This document shows, one piece after another, positions 63,642 through 64,000 of a stretch of DNA of 64,000 nt. The stretch comes from Camelus ferus (taxonomy: Eukaryota), in NCBI RefSeq assembly GCF_009834535.1, contig NC_045724.1:7254001-7318000 (forward strand), in the 5' to 3' direction. Every line of letters starts with the position of its first letter. The first letter of the stretch is position 1. Below the pieces are notes generated by a model. It was not told where the DNA came from and ran no database searches. It was given only the letters and a program-made list of their open reading frames with translations. Made by a program: the position numbers and the translations under genes.

Positions 63642-63780
63642 GGGGGGAGGGTATAGCTCAAAGTGGTAGAACGCATGTTTATCATGAACGATGTCCTGGG
63701 TTCAATCCCCAGTACCTCCTCCAAATATCAGTAAATAAATAAACCTAATTACCTCGCCCTCATAAAACAAACAAGCAAAA
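63642..63780 (+). mobile_element. vic-1-type SINE
   Basis: Head plus acctaattacctc tail; degenerate TSD aaatttttt..attg. Confidence 0.88.
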
Positions 63781-64000
63781 AAATTTTTTTGATTGTTTAT
63801 TATATATTCAGGGCTAAGATATTTTTCTAGTATTGTACTAATATAACCACTAATCTTTGTCACCCATTTTTAATTTCCTATTCATTCAGGTTTTAGGGTT
63901 TTTTTTGTTTTTTTGTTTTTTTGCTTGGAAATAATCCACTTGAAGGATTTTGTAATTGGTGACTTAAATAAATTTTACCTGACTCTGCTGGCCCTTGTTT

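Noticed and set aside
1294-63780. tRNA-Ala(AGC)-like sequences as real tRNA genes
   Set aside because: All have SINE 5' extensions, A-rich tails, TSDs and mutations breaking the cloverleaf.
23650-64000. Numerous 60-140-aa ORFs in the upstream region
   Set aside because: No recognisable domains or exon chains; most start at non-ATG codons or overlap SINE/L1/L2 relics.

Overview
This is mammalian genomic DNA, very probably a camelid: it carries 16 copies of a tRNA-Ala(AGC)-derived SINE matching the camelid vic-1 description. The left 23 kb holds most of ZBTB10 on the minus strand. That includes a CpG-island promoter and exon 1 (~21.2-23.6 kb), exon 2 with the BTB domain (11410-12298), exon 3 (3538-3636), exon 4 with a 4x36-nt repeat (310-486) and the start of exon 5 with the first C2H2 finger (1-115, running off the window). 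The remaining ~40 kb upstream is intergenic, with no protein-coding gene I can support, and is dominated by transposon relics (SINE, L1, L2, L3/CR1, RTE, MIR, hAT/Tigger, MaLR). Ten N-runs hide part of the sequence, including the ZBTB10 start codon and most of the BTB domain. I see no wholly new system. The most notable items are: (1) an exon-4 repeat whose units carry in-frame splice acceptors; (2) a GC-AG intron; (3) a transposase-type (TTF-like) zinc finger in exon 1; (4) two TSD-flanked 'tailless' retro-insertions (a U1 snRNA 5' end at a MER2 terminus and an L1 5' end); (5) a telomere-variant hexamer/G4 run upstream of a gene whose product binds TTGGGG. Repeat family names and the human ZBTB10 comparisons are from memory, not database searches, and boundaries of old repeats are approximate.
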